NCBI GenBank assembly: GCA_951406725.2
Contig: OX597819.1
Span: 117,738,001 to 117,802,000, forward strand
Reading direction: 5' to 3'
Origin: Octopus vulgaris
Lineage: Eukaryota
Length of the DNA stretch: 64,000 nt
Position numbers and translations under genes: made by a program. Positions 38,858 through 53,616 of this stretch are shown here, piece after piece (the stretch's first letter is position 1; each line of letters opens with the position of its first letter). The notes under the pieces are model-generated. The model was not told the DNA's origin. It saw only the letters and a program-made list of their open reading frames with translations, and did no database searches.

Positions 38858-40464
38858 TTAAGAACAGTTTCGACTCCCCCCCCCAGCAAAAAAAGAAACC
38901 AGACAAATTACAAACTTCATATCTGAAAATATATATATAAAAGAATTACTTGTGGAATCTAAGCAATATATATCTCTACAAAATAAATTTATCCACGTCA
39001 ATGCTTCTATCAAATTATCTCACTTTATATTTAGGCTTAAAACCTAAAATATATTGCCCTAAATACTTCTAGTAGTGCTAAACTTCAGGTTTTAATCAAT
39101 CCTTTCCCAACTTCAATTGTATAAACTTAATTTGCTAAATCATCCACGAACAAGAATTAATACCACTTCATGACAATTACGCAGTTTTATAATTAATGAT
39201 TGATGACACGATATTGTAAATTACCACTAAGCTAAACCAGTATTTCAGTAATAAAATCTATATATTCAATTAATAATAGAAAACAATATACAAGCAATCT
39301 GTTTGATATAGTAACCATTCTCTTACCAAACACTCTCCAGAAATTAATGTAGTTATGTGCATAATTCATATTAACGTCTAAAAACTAAGGGTAAAATTGC
39401 TGGTGATTCTTTGATGTCAGCATGGCTGCAAGAGAATTATTCGATACATATGAATTAAAGCAAACTATATCATTTGCACTTAACAAACCCTCCATTAAAT
39501 TGATTGCAAAGTAGTTTAAACTGTGATGAATGTTACATAATATTACTGAAGATATATAACTCAAAGTGATATCAGTTATCAAAATATTCGTTTGAATATA
39601 AAAATCGTAGCGAAGGCTAGCATGAAAATAATTGAGATTTGTAGATTCATACTCATTTTCGTATCGTAAATTTTATAAAATATCACTTATAATGTAACTG
39701 AGCAAATAGATTTTTGAAAATGATCGCAAACATGAACTTGTTTATACAACTTGACTGATGTTATCTTGCTATCAAATTTATCACAAATCACCTACCATCG
39801 CCTCCTTCCAAAACCACTAGTAACTTGAACTACGCGACTTTTATGTCTGCAAGAAATAATTTTCGAATTTCATAAGCTCAGATGTTATAAACTGATTCTA
39901 CTATGTATATATTCATTGGTATCGGACATACTGTCTCTTTGTATCAGCATGAGAATAAAAATAGAAAAATAGACATATTAATGTTGGAGATCTATTGCTC
40001 TTAGAATAATTTCTAATAAAACTCACAAACTCTTACCTATATATTCCTGTTTTCTTCACATTAAATTGTCATTTCATACATTCCTGAACGATGGTCAAAC
40101 CACGATTCTCCTTTTTCTCTTCAGAGCACCTACAATGATAAGCAATGATAAATGAAAATCTATGTAACTGTATTTTAGTAGAGATACATGTTTAGGCAAG
40201 GCATTGATGACTTCTTCAGATGAAAAAATTCACCGGTCGTATCTGGGACATTTATCACCACTGTACGGGCGGTGACATTTAATATACATACACTAATTAA
40301 GAAGTGAAAAATATATAGTCGATCGATATTTTTATGAACTGAAAGTTTAACTAATACATGCTTACCCACCCCCAGTGCACGAACACGTGATATTTCAGGA
40401 AAAAAACAAACAAAACAAGTACGAAAGTAAACGTGGATGCATACAAACAAACAGATATATGTAA

Positions 40465-40507
<43 letters not shown>

Positions 40508-40621
40508 AACATATATATATTCGAAAAACAAAACACATTCTACAAGTTTTTTAGTATTTAGTTAAAAAAAAATAATTAGGAAATCTGGCCTTCAAAAATC
40601 CTTGTTATCTATCTATCCCTC

Positions 40622-40680
<59 letters not shown>

Positions 40681-40721
40681 GCTAGCTAGCTAGCTATCAT
40701 CTATGTAAGTATATATATATA

Positions 40722-40935
40722 AGATCGCCATGTTGATTCGCTAGCTTCTGCACGCATTTTTTTCTCTCTCCTTGTTTCTCTCCGTGTTTCTTTTCTGTGT
40801 ATCTTTCTGTTGAAGAGCGTAGGCTCGAAACGTAAAAGACTTGTTTTATTTATATTCCTGAGCGCCATACTAATACAATTGTTTGTTTGTATTCCACCTG
40901 CCTTCGTCTTTTGTTTATTTTCATAAAGCTTCCCG

Positions 40936-40937
<2 letters not shown>
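40722..40937 (+). mobile_element. H2 element copy 2
   Basis: Homologous to 16305-16450; (TA)n on both sides. Confidence 0.75.
40802..40839 (+). ncRNA. hammerhead motif, A6U variant
   Basis: UCUUU CUGUUGA A GAGC-GUAG-GCUC GAAA CGUA^AAAGA: 5-bp stem I, 4-bp stem II, ACGU palindrome, GUA site. Confidence 0.65.
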
Positions 40938-40978
<41 letters not shown>

Positions 40979-41726
40979 CATTTATATCTCCACCTGTCTA
41001 ACTATTTATATATCTGCCTATGTACGTATGTATGTATGTTTGTCTCTATCTTACTCTCTTCACAGAAAGATTAGTAAGTATATGGATACATAGAGAAACA
41101 GATAGAAAGATACATCAAAGCTTTAAACTCGTAGACATACACACACAGGCGCGCACACTCATATGGACATATGTGTATGACATATAACGCGTCCAAGACT
41201 CATATCCCCTTTGTTTATTGTTTCACCAATTCAGGCACCTCGTCAGTATATTAATAACTCATTTTAAAATGTAGGCCTTAGAGACATAGAAACACACTTT
41301 CGTTTTCTATTATTTTCTGTCAATAACTGATAATGTAGTCACATCCCATTAGAACGATTATTATACGTGTCTTTTCTTTTTTACTTTTTGAAATTATAAA
41401 TCCGTTCAATTTTTATTCGTAAATACACTCTTTCTGAAAATTATAGATAATTTATCAGTTCACATTTCATACAAAGACCAAGCAATAATCACACCAAATA
41501 CAACAATATATTTTTCTCGGGAGGTTTATTCTTAAGCATTTTAATATAAGAAACTGACTATTAAAGCCAATTTACAGTAAATTCTGACAAATTTATATTT
41601 TCATTCAAAAACTTTTTATAGCACAATTCAAAGAATATAAGCGAAAATAGAAATTTCTACAAAAATTGATGTGTATGTATATATATATATAAATATATAT
41701 ATATAAATAAATAAATAAATAAATAA

Positions 41727-41828
<102 letters not shown>

Positions 41829-42462
41829 ATAATCTATGTGAAATAAATAAAATCTATACACACATACACACACGCATACACATATATATTTAGCAAGTAA
41901 ATTTATTTTATTGTAAATAATACGTTGCTGCATTCCATAATTAAGGAGAAAAAATTGTTCAAGTAATGAAAAGAGAAATGAAATTCTCCAAATATGTCAA
42001 TGGTGGACATTTTTTTTCTCTAAATATCTAATTTACAAAAGGTAAATTAAATATTTTTTCCTAGGTAATTTGAAATTACAATAACCTACATGACTGAAAG
42101 TACTTTTAGCTTCTATAGCGTATTTATGGCTTCCCATGATATATGATTTCATTTCAAATTCTTGCCATTATGTCAATAAAAGGTTTTAAAGTCTGAGCAA
42201 AAACGTTGAAATGATTCGCACCAGTTCTTCCGACCTTTATCAAATTATTTCTCCCAATTGTTTTATTAACGAAAAATGCTTATTAATATGTAGGTCGACA
42301 TATATCTTCGTTTAAAAATGCAAGTTTAAATCAATAGTTTGAACTAGCTTGCACTCAAGCAATACAACATACATCGAAAATATCCCATTCCGCTTGTGGC
42401 ATTCTCTGTGCACGGCACCATTCTTTGTTTTTATAAAGATCGTTTTTGTGCATTGATATATG

Positions 42463-42720
42463 TACGAAGTGCTTTCAAAAAGTATTCAAATTTATTATTT
42501 TCCTGACAAATCTAATGCAACGTGATCAAAATTCTTTCAGTCGGCGGTGACGAGCGCTCGGTACGCGTCTGTATTTTGGGCGTAAGATCCGCTAATTGAT
42601 GCGGCAACCGGCGCGAATGTTTTCAAGAATGCACAAAAAAGGTGATGTCAACACTCACCCAAGTATTCTGCCCACGTGGCATGAGTACTGCCGAGAAAAT
42701 ATTTTTTGTCTGCACCTAAT
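42463..42720. mobile_element. possible mariner-type MITE fragment
   Basis: TACGAAGTGCTTTCAAAAAGT resembles mariner TACGAGG...CAAAAAGT termini; weak right end TTTTTGTCTGCACCTAAT. Confidence 0.35.
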
Positions 42721-42962
42721 GTGTAAAGTTAAAACGATGGAAAAATCAAGTAAATGACAGGAGACTGCTATTCAAGTTCAGAATAATAGGTATTTTAGAT
42801 TTTCTGGTTTTTGATGTTATGAAATAATTCTCGTTAAATAATACAACGTGATCAGTGTGTGAACTTGATAAACTGTTCCATTACCAGTTAATAATTTTCG
42901 TAGAAGTTGCAAGGTTGCAAGTTATTTACAATTACATAAATACCCTTACATTAAGAAATTTA

Positions 42963-43081
<119 letters not shown>

Positions 43082-43899
43082 GTTTGTCTCTCTCTAATAA
43101 TTATTGTGGCTTTTACAGTTAAATTACCGGTTCCACACAAGGGCTTCTATTTCGTTCATTTGCTTATATTTCGCTGATTTACACTATATACTAAAATACA
43201 GACATATTATATACATATCACGCGGTAAGCCATTATGCCATATATTTTAAGTAATACATTATTACATTTTCTCATGTGACTGCATAGACTCACCTTTTGT
43301 TTCTTCTTCCAGAGCCACACCACCAATCCAATGTCTTCGCTTTCCGCAACATTTCAGCTGTTCACTTCACCGTTGCCGTCTACCAATTCAGTCCATTTCA
43401 GGAATGTACACATTTACGTACAATATCTCCATTACAGCTCCATTCATTTGGCAGTCAACAAAACGATGGATTGTGTTAGATGCAGCGCTGACCGCCTCAG
43501 AGTCAAGCATATCAACTGGCAGATTTTCGGTGAATTCAAATATAACATACGCGCCACTGCCAATTTTCCATGATAGGTTAGGGCATGCAATCCTGCAAAC
43601 GGACGTATTAAATGTCACTTAGCCGAATGAAACCATCATTTACTCCACAAATATTTCGTCGTTAATGCTGCAATTTCCTGTATCACTTGGTTCAACATAA
43701 CTGAAGAGAATAGTTACGCTGAGTAAGTGATATGATTGGTCAACCATGAGGTTCCAAGCTCACAGCTGAGGCTGAGACTAGGGATCCGTATTAGGCTTCT
43801 GTGTTAGTACGTATATATTGGAGGAAAAGAACAACCAAAACCGAGGCCGGAGAAGTATGTCAATTGATTTATAATAATTTACGGTAAAGTGAATTTGAA

Positions 43900-43974
43900 G
43901 TCTTATAACTGTTTCTGGGTATCTAAAGTGATAGACTAGCATGTCCGAGCACTAGGTATTCAGTCATCAGAGAT
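43900..43974 (-). ncRNA. hammerhead motif with canonical CUGAUGA core and long stem II, within a PLE-like 3' end (about 43810-44300)
   Basis: Reverse complement UCU CUGAUGA CUGAAUACCUAGUG...CACUUUAGAUACCCA GAAA CAGUUAUA^AGA; stem III looks like a decayed ACAGCUGU palindrome. Confidence 0.5.
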
Positions 43975-44542
43975 AAGGTGATTATGCATGGAAGTGCCAG
44001 ACAGAGAAATTAGTAGTTAATAAGGATTAAAATAGAAGAATAAAGAATAAAGTGTAAAAGAATATTCAAATAGAAGAATAAAGAGTAAAATACAGACAGT
44101 AGAATAAAGTTCACAGTTCATCTTTTTCGAGAGGATATGGAGGTTGGTCTGAACTTCCATGAAGGTATAGGCAGTTAGGTATAATACCAGGGAAATCCAG
44201 TCATTATTTTGTCAGTATTTTGAATGAAGCTTTCATGTTGAATCATTGGATTAAATGTAAATTGTCCAGACTTCGCAATAGGCAGAAGTGGATTATGAGT
44301 GAGTGAAGAAGAAAGAGGAGAAAAAGAGAAAAGAAGGAGAAAAAAAAGGGAGAAAAAGTGAGTGTATAACCTATGGATTTACTACTTTATTCGAGTGTAG
44401 ATAGAATGAACAGGCTGTAATACTCACATTTTGCAAAATAGATTCTATGTTCTCATATACAGACGACACTCGGTCCCTCTATACATTTGTTTGCATTTAT
44501 ATATACATAGACCCGTGTGCGTGTGTGCTTGTATATTCTCGT

Positions 44543-44575
<33 letters not shown>

Positions 44576-45023
44576 CGAGCACACACATATATATGTATAT
44601 GTATATATATAATGGTATGGTTCCACTTTGGAGACAGGAACATATTTAAAGAGTTATTCAGATACAAAAATTATACTTATTTCTATCGATGAAGTCGGAC
44701 AGCAAGGGAAATTCGGCGGGAGGTTCATGTTCGTAACCCTGGAAACAGTCATCAAAAAGACGGAAAAATATATTTCTTCTTTGAGTTGCAATTTTCAACA
44801 AATCGTTTCGCAACAGTATAGAGAAGCAACTTAAATTTCAAAGAAGACGTCCGTTTTGTATATAAAGTGCACATATAGAAAACACACCCTACCACACACT
44901 TATATACTGAAGTAATTAAATGTAACTGTACAGGAAGATATATGTACTTCTCTCTCCCTCTCTGTCTGCCTTTCTGTATAACTCTCCCTCTCTCAAAATA
45001 AGTGTGTGTGTGTGCGTGCGTGA

Positions 45024-45134
<111 letters not shown>

Positions 45135-45235
45135 CATTTATATATATATATATACAACTATATATACATATATTTATTGCTGTTTATGTATCACACTACC
45201 TTTCAAGATATTTGTTTTTCTCTCTCTCTCTCTCC

Positions 45236-45275
<40 letters not shown>

Positions 45276-45348
45276 ATATCTCTTTATCTTTCTATCTGTC
45301 TATATGTGTGTGTATGTGTATGTGTTTGCGTTTGTGTGCACATATATG

Positions 45349-45432
45349 TAGGCACAGGCATGGCTGTGTGGTAACAAGCTTGCTTTCCAGCCACATGGTT
45401 CCGAGCTCAGTCCAACTGAGAGGCACGTTGTG
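45349..45432 (+). mobile_element. SINE family A head only
   Basis: GGCACAGGCATGGCTGTGTGGTAACAAGCTTGC...GGTTCCGAGCTCAGTCC. Confidence 0.75.
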
Positions 45433-45711
45433 CCGGTGTCGAGGGATATGAGTTGTTGATGGCTATATTGCATCGTAAATTGAATATTTACGGCAAGTCC
45501 ATTAATAAGTGCTTGAAATTCTTTAATCTCTCTATACTTTCATGTTAAAGAATGAAGCAGTCATCGAGATACCACTTCTGGTTATTTTCTATGTAGAGGG
45601 AGGATGGGCTGCGTTTTTTTCTTGGAACTTGGGATAAAGACTGATTTCAAGATATCCCATCGCTAGGTTAACAAAAGAGGCGGCCATTCTCGTACCCATC
45701 GATGTCCCCCG
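45433..45711 (-). pseudogene. Penelope-like RT catalytic core fragment
   Basis: Reverse translation GTSMGTRMAASFVNLAMGYLE...KWYLDDCFIL*...NIQFTMQYS matches the PLE GTAMG/YLDD motifs; stops and frameshifts present. Confidence 0.85.
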
Positions 45712-45745
<34 letters not shown>

Positions 45746-45747
<2 letters not shown>

Positions 45748-46064
45748 ATAAAATCCTTTTAAGTGCAGCAGAAATTTGTCGTGATCCAGCTATGAGGATC
45801 GAACTCGTGATCCAGCTATGAGGATCGAACTAATATCCAGTTAGAGTAGTCTACCTTTAAGCTAAACAGCCGAACAACAAATTCTTATCCAACTTTAGAA
45901 GTTATAAAGTAATCTAGAAACGCTTGATGTCATAGTAATTACGTTATATCTAAAGAAACATAAATTTGTTTGTGAAGCAGTCTAACCGGATATTAAAGTG
46001 GTACGAGTTCGAGATTCATGAATGGTTGCCGACAAATTTTTCTGTTCTTAAAAAGCATTTTATC

Positions 46065-46065
<1 letters not shown>
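45746..46065. mobile_element. palindromic MITE-like element in (TA)n with inverted tRNA-like segments
   Basis: GGATAAAATCCTTTTAAG...AGAAATTTGTCG vs CGACAAATTTT...CTTAAAAAGCATTTTATCC; internal exact 26-bp tandem duplication 45779-45830. Confidence 0.65.
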
Positions 46066-46124
<59 letters not shown>

Positions 46125-46126
<2 letters not shown>

Positions 46127-46291
46127 TTTTACTTGTTTCACTCATTTGACTGCGGCCATGCTGGAGCACTGCCTTTAGTCGAGTCTCTTTTGCCGAACCG
46201 CTGAATTACGGGGACGTAAACACACCATCTGTTGTCAAGCGTTGTTGGGGGGACAAACAGAGGCAAACACAAACACATGCATATAAATACA

Positions 46292-46330
<39 letters not shown>

Positions 46331-46490
46331 GAGGGGCTTCTTTCAGTTTCCGTCTACCAAATCTACTCACAAGTCTTTGGTCGACCCGCGGATATAGTAG
46401 AAGACACTTGACCAAGGCGCCACGCAGTGGTACTAAACCCGGAGCCCTGTGGTTGGTAATGAACCTACGTACCACACAGCCACTCCTGCA

Positions 46491-46493
<3 letters not shown>
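46125..46493 (-). mobile_element. SINE family A
   Basis: Reverse complement of the family A head, body and tail. Confidence 0.9.
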
Positions 46494-46563
<70 letters not shown>

Positions 46564-48006
46564 GGACAAGTGGAGAGAGATACGCATAGATATATTGAAA
46601 GGTAGATTGAGTTACAGATAGATAGAGAGAGAAGGTGGGAGAAAAACACACAGATTGAGAGAGAGAGAGAGAGAGAGGGGGAAATTAAATGCAAGAGACC
46701 ACACGTTTGTTGCGGTTCACATTGCAAATTTATGATCTCTATCCCCCATTTGCTTCGCTATGTCCTCAATTAGTAATTGTGTCTCTCCTCTAACGAATAT
46801 CTTCCTTTCGAAAGTGATACTTAAGTGCGAAGTGGTTGTATAAGCACAGAAAGTGGTTTCTTTCAAAAGCAATACATCAAATGTTTCGGGGACTGAAATT
46901 CACAAAGCCGTATACACTGAGGAAGCCTTATATGACTCTAAGGATTAAATGACATATTTTTAATCAGTTAAAACAGCTTGTTTGGGGGAGAATCAATCCT
47001 TCAAGCAATCTTAAAGGTGTATCATATACATTTTTGCTCTACATATTTAATAGTCAACAAATTTTTGCCTATACGTTTGTCCTTGTCGAATTTAGATGTG
47101 ATTATGCAAATTACTGTAGAATTGCGCAATGTATGTTATCTTTATCACGGACATCATGCAGAATTCCACTACTGAGTTGATTCCTATCAACATATTCGGT
47201 TACACGTTCACTTGCGCTAAAATGTATTGCAAGCTACGTTAATTAACATTGAAATGCAATATGCATAAACTTATTGTCTAATACCAATAGTCATGGTGTA
47301 AGCTATATTTCCAGAAACGGCAATATTTCTGGAATGCACCAATTTGCATAAACCTATATGTTAAATGTTCCTCTTGCGTTGTCTCCATAATCTTCTCCAT
47401 AATCTTCATTAAATGTACTCACATGGTTATATCTGGGTTTATAAAAGCAAGTTCACTATATGTCATATGTAATCATATAAAACACTACGTTGAAATTGCA
47501 TATATCATACTCCATTTAAGCGTCTTGCATTTATCATTAAGAAGCAACGATAAAAGGGGCTGATAATTGCTTCGGAAATAACATAAATGCTCACTTACGT
47601 TTTAAGACACTATACGTAGCGAGATACTTTAAATAATTAGCCAAGTATATACTTAAATTAATTATCCAAGTATTATATTAAGTTGATTTTGATGCAATTT
47701 CTGTGAATTCATTCGGACAAAATGTCAAATTTATACTTGGCTAAATACATAAGTTCGATTTGAAAATTCATAGTATGTGTTTCCTTTTGTTCAATTATAA
47801 TTGATGCATGCATCACAAATATGCAATTATATCCAACCATACCATGACCTTTATGATATTTCCAGAATGCTCATTTGTATGTCTATAACAGTTTCTAAGG
47901 ACACTTGAATAGTATAAAATAAATTCATGTGAAACATGTAAAAAAACAAACAAAAAAGAAACCTAGCAACCGAACATAGTATTTATAATTCGTTTTATTT
48001 ACAGTC

Positions 48007-48051
<45 letters not shown>

Positions 48052-48061
48052 ATACACACAC

Positions 48062-48150
<89 letters not shown>

Positions 48151-48604
48151 CATATGTGCATGGGTGTGCGTGACATGTACGTGTAGTTCAAAATAATTAT
48201 ATTGTAAACAAATATTCCTTTAAAATAATTAGCGTCAAATATTGTAAATTAAATAGCAATTATTAGAATATTTGTTGAAGAATAAATTTGTCGTTAGAAA
48301 TAAGAGAACTCAAGAAATTACAGCAGTTTTCCTTTTAAAGATTAATGATGAAATAATTATTGTATTGAATTTCAAAACTGTACAATTGCATTGTTTATAA
48401 GCGTCATTTACCGGCAAATTATATGGTAGACGTGTGACACGGGAACGTTTTAACGATATATACAATGAATTCGATGTATTTGTAAACATTTTAGCATGCA
48501 TTATGCATTTGTGCTTCTAAGCAAGTATAAGGATATATATATATATATATATATGAGTATATATATATTTGTGTCTATATATATATGAGTGTATATATAT
48601 ATGA

Positions 48605-48644
<40 letters not shown>

Positions 48645-48707
48645 ATATGTATGTATATATATATATATACATGAGTGTGTGTGTATATATATATATGTAT
48701 GTATATA

Positions 48708-48768
<61 letters not shown>

Positions 48769-49519
48769 ACATATATATATATGTATGTATGTGCATGTAT
48801 GTATGTATATACAGTGAGGCAAATCGAAAGAGAGGCTAAGATAAACAGAGAGATAAAGGGAAGAGAGGGATAAACAGAAATGAATGTCATTCTATAATGC
48901 CAATAAAATAACATATAACTATACATATCTAAGCACTGAATAATTCAAACATCTTCGCTCGCATGTACATGAATATACACACATGTTCCTCTCCTTCCAT
49001 CTCTTGTTCTCTTTCGCACTCTCATATGCACATACATTCACATATATATACACACATATACATGCATACACACCTGCACACACGTATAGAAACATGCCCA
49101 TAAATACATATTTTATGCTTGCGGTTTATGAAAACCATATGTCTTATTTGTATATATCTCTTTATTTATTAATCTACCGATATATGAATATGTAAACGTA
49201 ACATGAAATTCTAGATACAACTTTATTTTGTTAGGAATTTTTCTAGGAGCGGGCAAGCCGTGAATCAGCTTCACGCTTACAATATAAAATACATTTATTC
49301 TTAAAGACTATCTATTTCATTTGAGGGAGATCTGTCTAACCCTTCTAGACCTACATCTGAGCATCATATGAAAATTTGTTGTGTTTAAAATGTGTTCACT
49401 TCTGTAACTTTTGTCAATTTTGTTCAAACGCGATGCCTATATTCTCTGTATTATCAAATTCTGCCGCGGTCGCATTAGCCATATATACTTTCGATCTCGA
49501 TAAAACAAGGGTTATTGTA

Positions 49520-50868
49520 CAGTTTAAGTTCTGGTCACGGAAACAAATTTAAACAGCCCACTAGGTATGAAAAAGTGTGTAGAAAACACATATGAAACAA
49601 AAATTTGCGCAAACGGATGCGGGGTCAGCGGGGAGAGGACTTGCGGAAAATTGCCCAGATCCGATTATCCCCTCAAAAATTTCAAGAAAATGGATATATC
49701 TTAATGACATTTTATGGAAATACCGTTCACACAGTACAAATTACGACTATAAAGAAATGTTTTCCGGAGGGATGGGGAGAGGATTTCACAAAATTGACAT
49801 GATCCATTCTTTTCCCTCATTACTTTCAGGAAAATGGATATCATTTAATAAAAGTTTACAGAAACACCTTTCAAACCACATAGATCACCATTATAAATAA
49901 ATTTGTGGGGAAAAATGTTTTTCAAAGCGTTGGGGAGAGAACTATCTAAAAGGTCACACGATTGTGTCTTTTTTTCCGTCATAACATTGGGGATCTTGTT
50001 TAGCACCCGGTCACCAGTACAAAAACACCTCACTCTAATAGGTGTAGAAATCGAATACGAAAAAAAAAAAATTGGGCAAACGAACAAAAAATTGGGTGGC
50101 TGGTGAAAGAACTTTTGGAAACTTTGACCCAATTCGACTTTTTCCCTCATAACTTTCAGGAAAACATTTTCGCCACAAATTTCTTTGTAATCGTAATCTA
50201 TATCGCTTGAAAGGTTTCTGCAAATTTCCGTTAAACAATATCCATTGTCCAAAAAGTTACGAGGGAAAAGTTAAATTTGTGTTCATTTTCAGAAAGTGTG
50301 CCCCACCGTTGTTTTGCGCATTTTTTTTTTGTTTTCATAATCGTTTTCGATACGTTCTTTTACACCTAGTAGACTATTTTTTTTTGTTTTTAATTAGGTT
50401 AACGAGTAATAAACTAGACCCTGAAAATTATGTGGGAAAAATGGATTGTGTGAACTTTCCGACAGTCCTTTCCCTACTCCTTCGTAAAACTTTTCCTCCC
50501 ACGAATTTCTTCATAGTTATAATCTATGATCTTTGAAACGTATTTTTGTAAAGTTGCATTAAAAAATATTCATTTTCCTGAAAGTAATGAGGGGTAAAAC
50601 AAATCGTGTGAATTTTCCTAAATCTTTACACCACCCTTTTGGAAAACGTTTTCTCTCAAAATCTGTGCCATTTGAACGCTATATCTATAAAATTTCATAA
50701 ATACATATCTATTTTCCTGAATGTTATGAGGGAAAATCGGATCTTGTGTATTTTCCTAAAGTCCTCTCAGGGCGTTTGCTCGCTCAAATCTTTGTTTTCA
50801 TATTCGTTTTCCACACATTTTCTACACCTATTATGCCGATATTATTTTCTCGACCAAGGTTTAAACTG
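49520..50868. mobile_element. foldback/MITE with long imperfect TIRs, subterminal repeats and a nested inner copy of its ends
   Basis: TA|CAGTTTAAG...TTAAACTG termini; TAGGTATGAAAAAGTGTGTAGAAAAC (49562) vs GTTTTCCACACATTTTCTACACCTA (50830); inner pair at 50039 and 50368. Confidence 0.75.
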
Positions 50869-51029
50869 TGTATTGACTAATATAAGTACCTGCAATCGAC
50901 TTACCCTCACCTCCCAAAACTGCTGGCATTGTGCCGAAATTGAAACCAATATTATCTCTATTGTTTCACCTGTTTGAGAGGTGCTGAATATTTTTCGGAA
51001 ATCAAAATATGTTTTGCATTAATATTCTT

Positions 51030-51231
51030 TTATTCTTTTATTCCTTTCAGTCATTTGACTGCGGCCTTTAGCAGAACAAATCGCCACCCAGTTCTAATTA
51101 TTTTAAAGCCTAGTACTTATTCTATCGGTTTCTTTGCTGAACCGCTATTTTACGGGGACGTGAACACACCAGCATCGGTTGTCAAGCGATGGTGGGAGGG
51201 CAAACACAGACACACAAACACACACACACAC

Positions 51232-51289
<58 letters not shown>

Positions 51290-51428
51290 GTCTACAAAAT
51301 CCATTCACATGGCTTTGGTCGGCCCGAGGCTATAGTTGAAAACACTTGCCCAAGGTGCTACGCAGTGGGATTGAACCCGAAACCATGTGATTGGTAAGCA
51401 AGCTTCTTACCACAGAGCCACTCCTGCA
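51030..51428 (-). mobile_element. SINE family A
   Basis: Reverse complement family A with internal (CA)n. Confidence 0.88.
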
Positions 51429-53454
51429 TATATTATTTCAATTCCTTTTCATCTTTATATAATTAAGGTTGTAATTGTGTGTTTAAAAACCATGAAACGA
51501 GTGGTTGCAACTTCTAATATATTATCGATGCATCAAATGAGGGACTACGTTTTTCTGTCATTGTTATTATTTTAAACTTTTTTTATCTTCAGAAAGAAAA
51601 CACACGCGGCTAATATCAAAAGTGTCCGCATGGATAACCTCTTCCCGACAGCTAGATTCTCGCTAATATTCCTATCATTGAGAACTAAATTTAGAATATT
51701 TAGAATTAAACATCCATCTCATTCGGATGGATTAAGAAGTGGGAAGTAATCTATTTTAACTTGCCATCATATGTTAGTGGTTACTAAAGTTATGACCAGA
51801 AATTTTCCTGCATCAGACACAGCATTCCATCACGTAAAAGTGACATTAGATATATAAAGCACACACTGGTAATGGTTGTTAGACGTGCAAAATTTAAACA
51901 CTTAGAAATTAAATGAATCATTTAATGTTTCCTATTACTGCCACGTATGAAAGAGCAAAAAATAATCAAGAGCCCTCTATCATAGAAGTTCGAGTTATCG
52001 TGTATTTTCTTTTCAAAGATGAAACTAAGTATTAATTTTCTGTAGACCAACAAAATGAAACACACAGATTTTTCATATTATTGTACGGTGTTATAAACGA
52101 ATTCTCACATAATTGTTATTACAGATTTTCATTTCGATATTTTCAAACGTTTGTTGAAAGGTTTATTAATTATTACATGGATTTTTGTTGTAAGTTGTTA
52201 TAATGCATACACAACTGTGTCAGCTATATGCATGAAATATATTTGTGTAAAGTACTCAACAGAATTAATGAAATGTCGAACAAAATGCTTATCGATATTT
52301 CTTCTGGCTCTTTAATTTCTGAGCTCAAAACTCACCGAGATGTATTTTGTATTTCTTTCATCGTGGATCAGCAAAATGAAGTGCCAGTGAAGTACTAAGT
52401 CGATGTTATCCGCTAACAATTTCCTAAACCTTTTCAGGGTTTATATATGAAACTATATTAAAACAAAATGTTGTTATAATGAAGTATGTGCATTATGGCG
52501 TGTATAAAACCTATCTATCGTCAATATGCATTTACCATGTTGTCGGGTGATTGGAATTAGAAACTCGGCAAGAATCATTTCTCCAGACATGCAATTTCAA
52601 ATCCAGCTTTATCAGAATGAACTGCATAAATTCTCTTTGCATATACAAGGAACGAACATGCCATGCGATGCTCAACCACTTCCACGCTAAGTTAAATAAT
52701 GTTCTTCAACAAAGCGGATAAACATCCATTTATATTAATGTTGGTATAGTGAAACTGAAAACATCTAAATGCATATGTTATTATACTGTAGATATATACG
52801 CGGGGATAGCACAATAAAAAAATGTGAATTTTAAATTGAACATATGATTATAATTGATGATTATATCAGGCATATAGTTTCGTAGAATTATCATGCATAT
52901 CAGGATGTTAATGAATCTCATAGGCTTTTATTACATGTTGACATAATCACAACTTTGAACCAACGCAAACGAAGCCAGGAACATTTAATTCTATAAAGCA
53001 AGAATAAAAGATAGGCATAAAAATAGACAAACATATTCATTTAAGGTAAATTTCATTACCAAAATACAGTTCTGACCATAAATAGTGGATATCTCCTTCT
53101 TTAGAATCTGTTCATTGGCACCTTCTTAATTTCAATAAACTCACAGAATTATAGACTTCATTTTTGCTGCAATATTAATAAAATATGTCAATTAATATTT
53201 ACTAATATAAACAGTAATATTACCTAAAGCATTTCAATGTATTACTGTATATTTACTTAAAACTGAGAGATAGTATATTATTAGTTTTTGTAACGAATAT
53301 CTCATAATACATTTCAAAGGATCACCATACTTTTACTTAAATCTAGACAGCAATATATTATTGGTATTTCGTAACAAAATTCCAATTTGTTTGCAACCAT
53401 AAATGAATGCATATACATGGTGTACAAACGCTCACACAACCACACACACATATG

Positions 53455-53518
<64 letters not shown>

Positions 53519-53581
53519 AACATATATATATATATATATATGGTGTACACACCATAAGTGTGTGTGCATGTGTGTGCGAGC

Positions 53582-53616
<35 letters not shown>

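Noticed and set aside
41225-41250. CUGACGA...GAAA on the minus strand
   Set aside because: No stem I or stem II pairing; expected by chance
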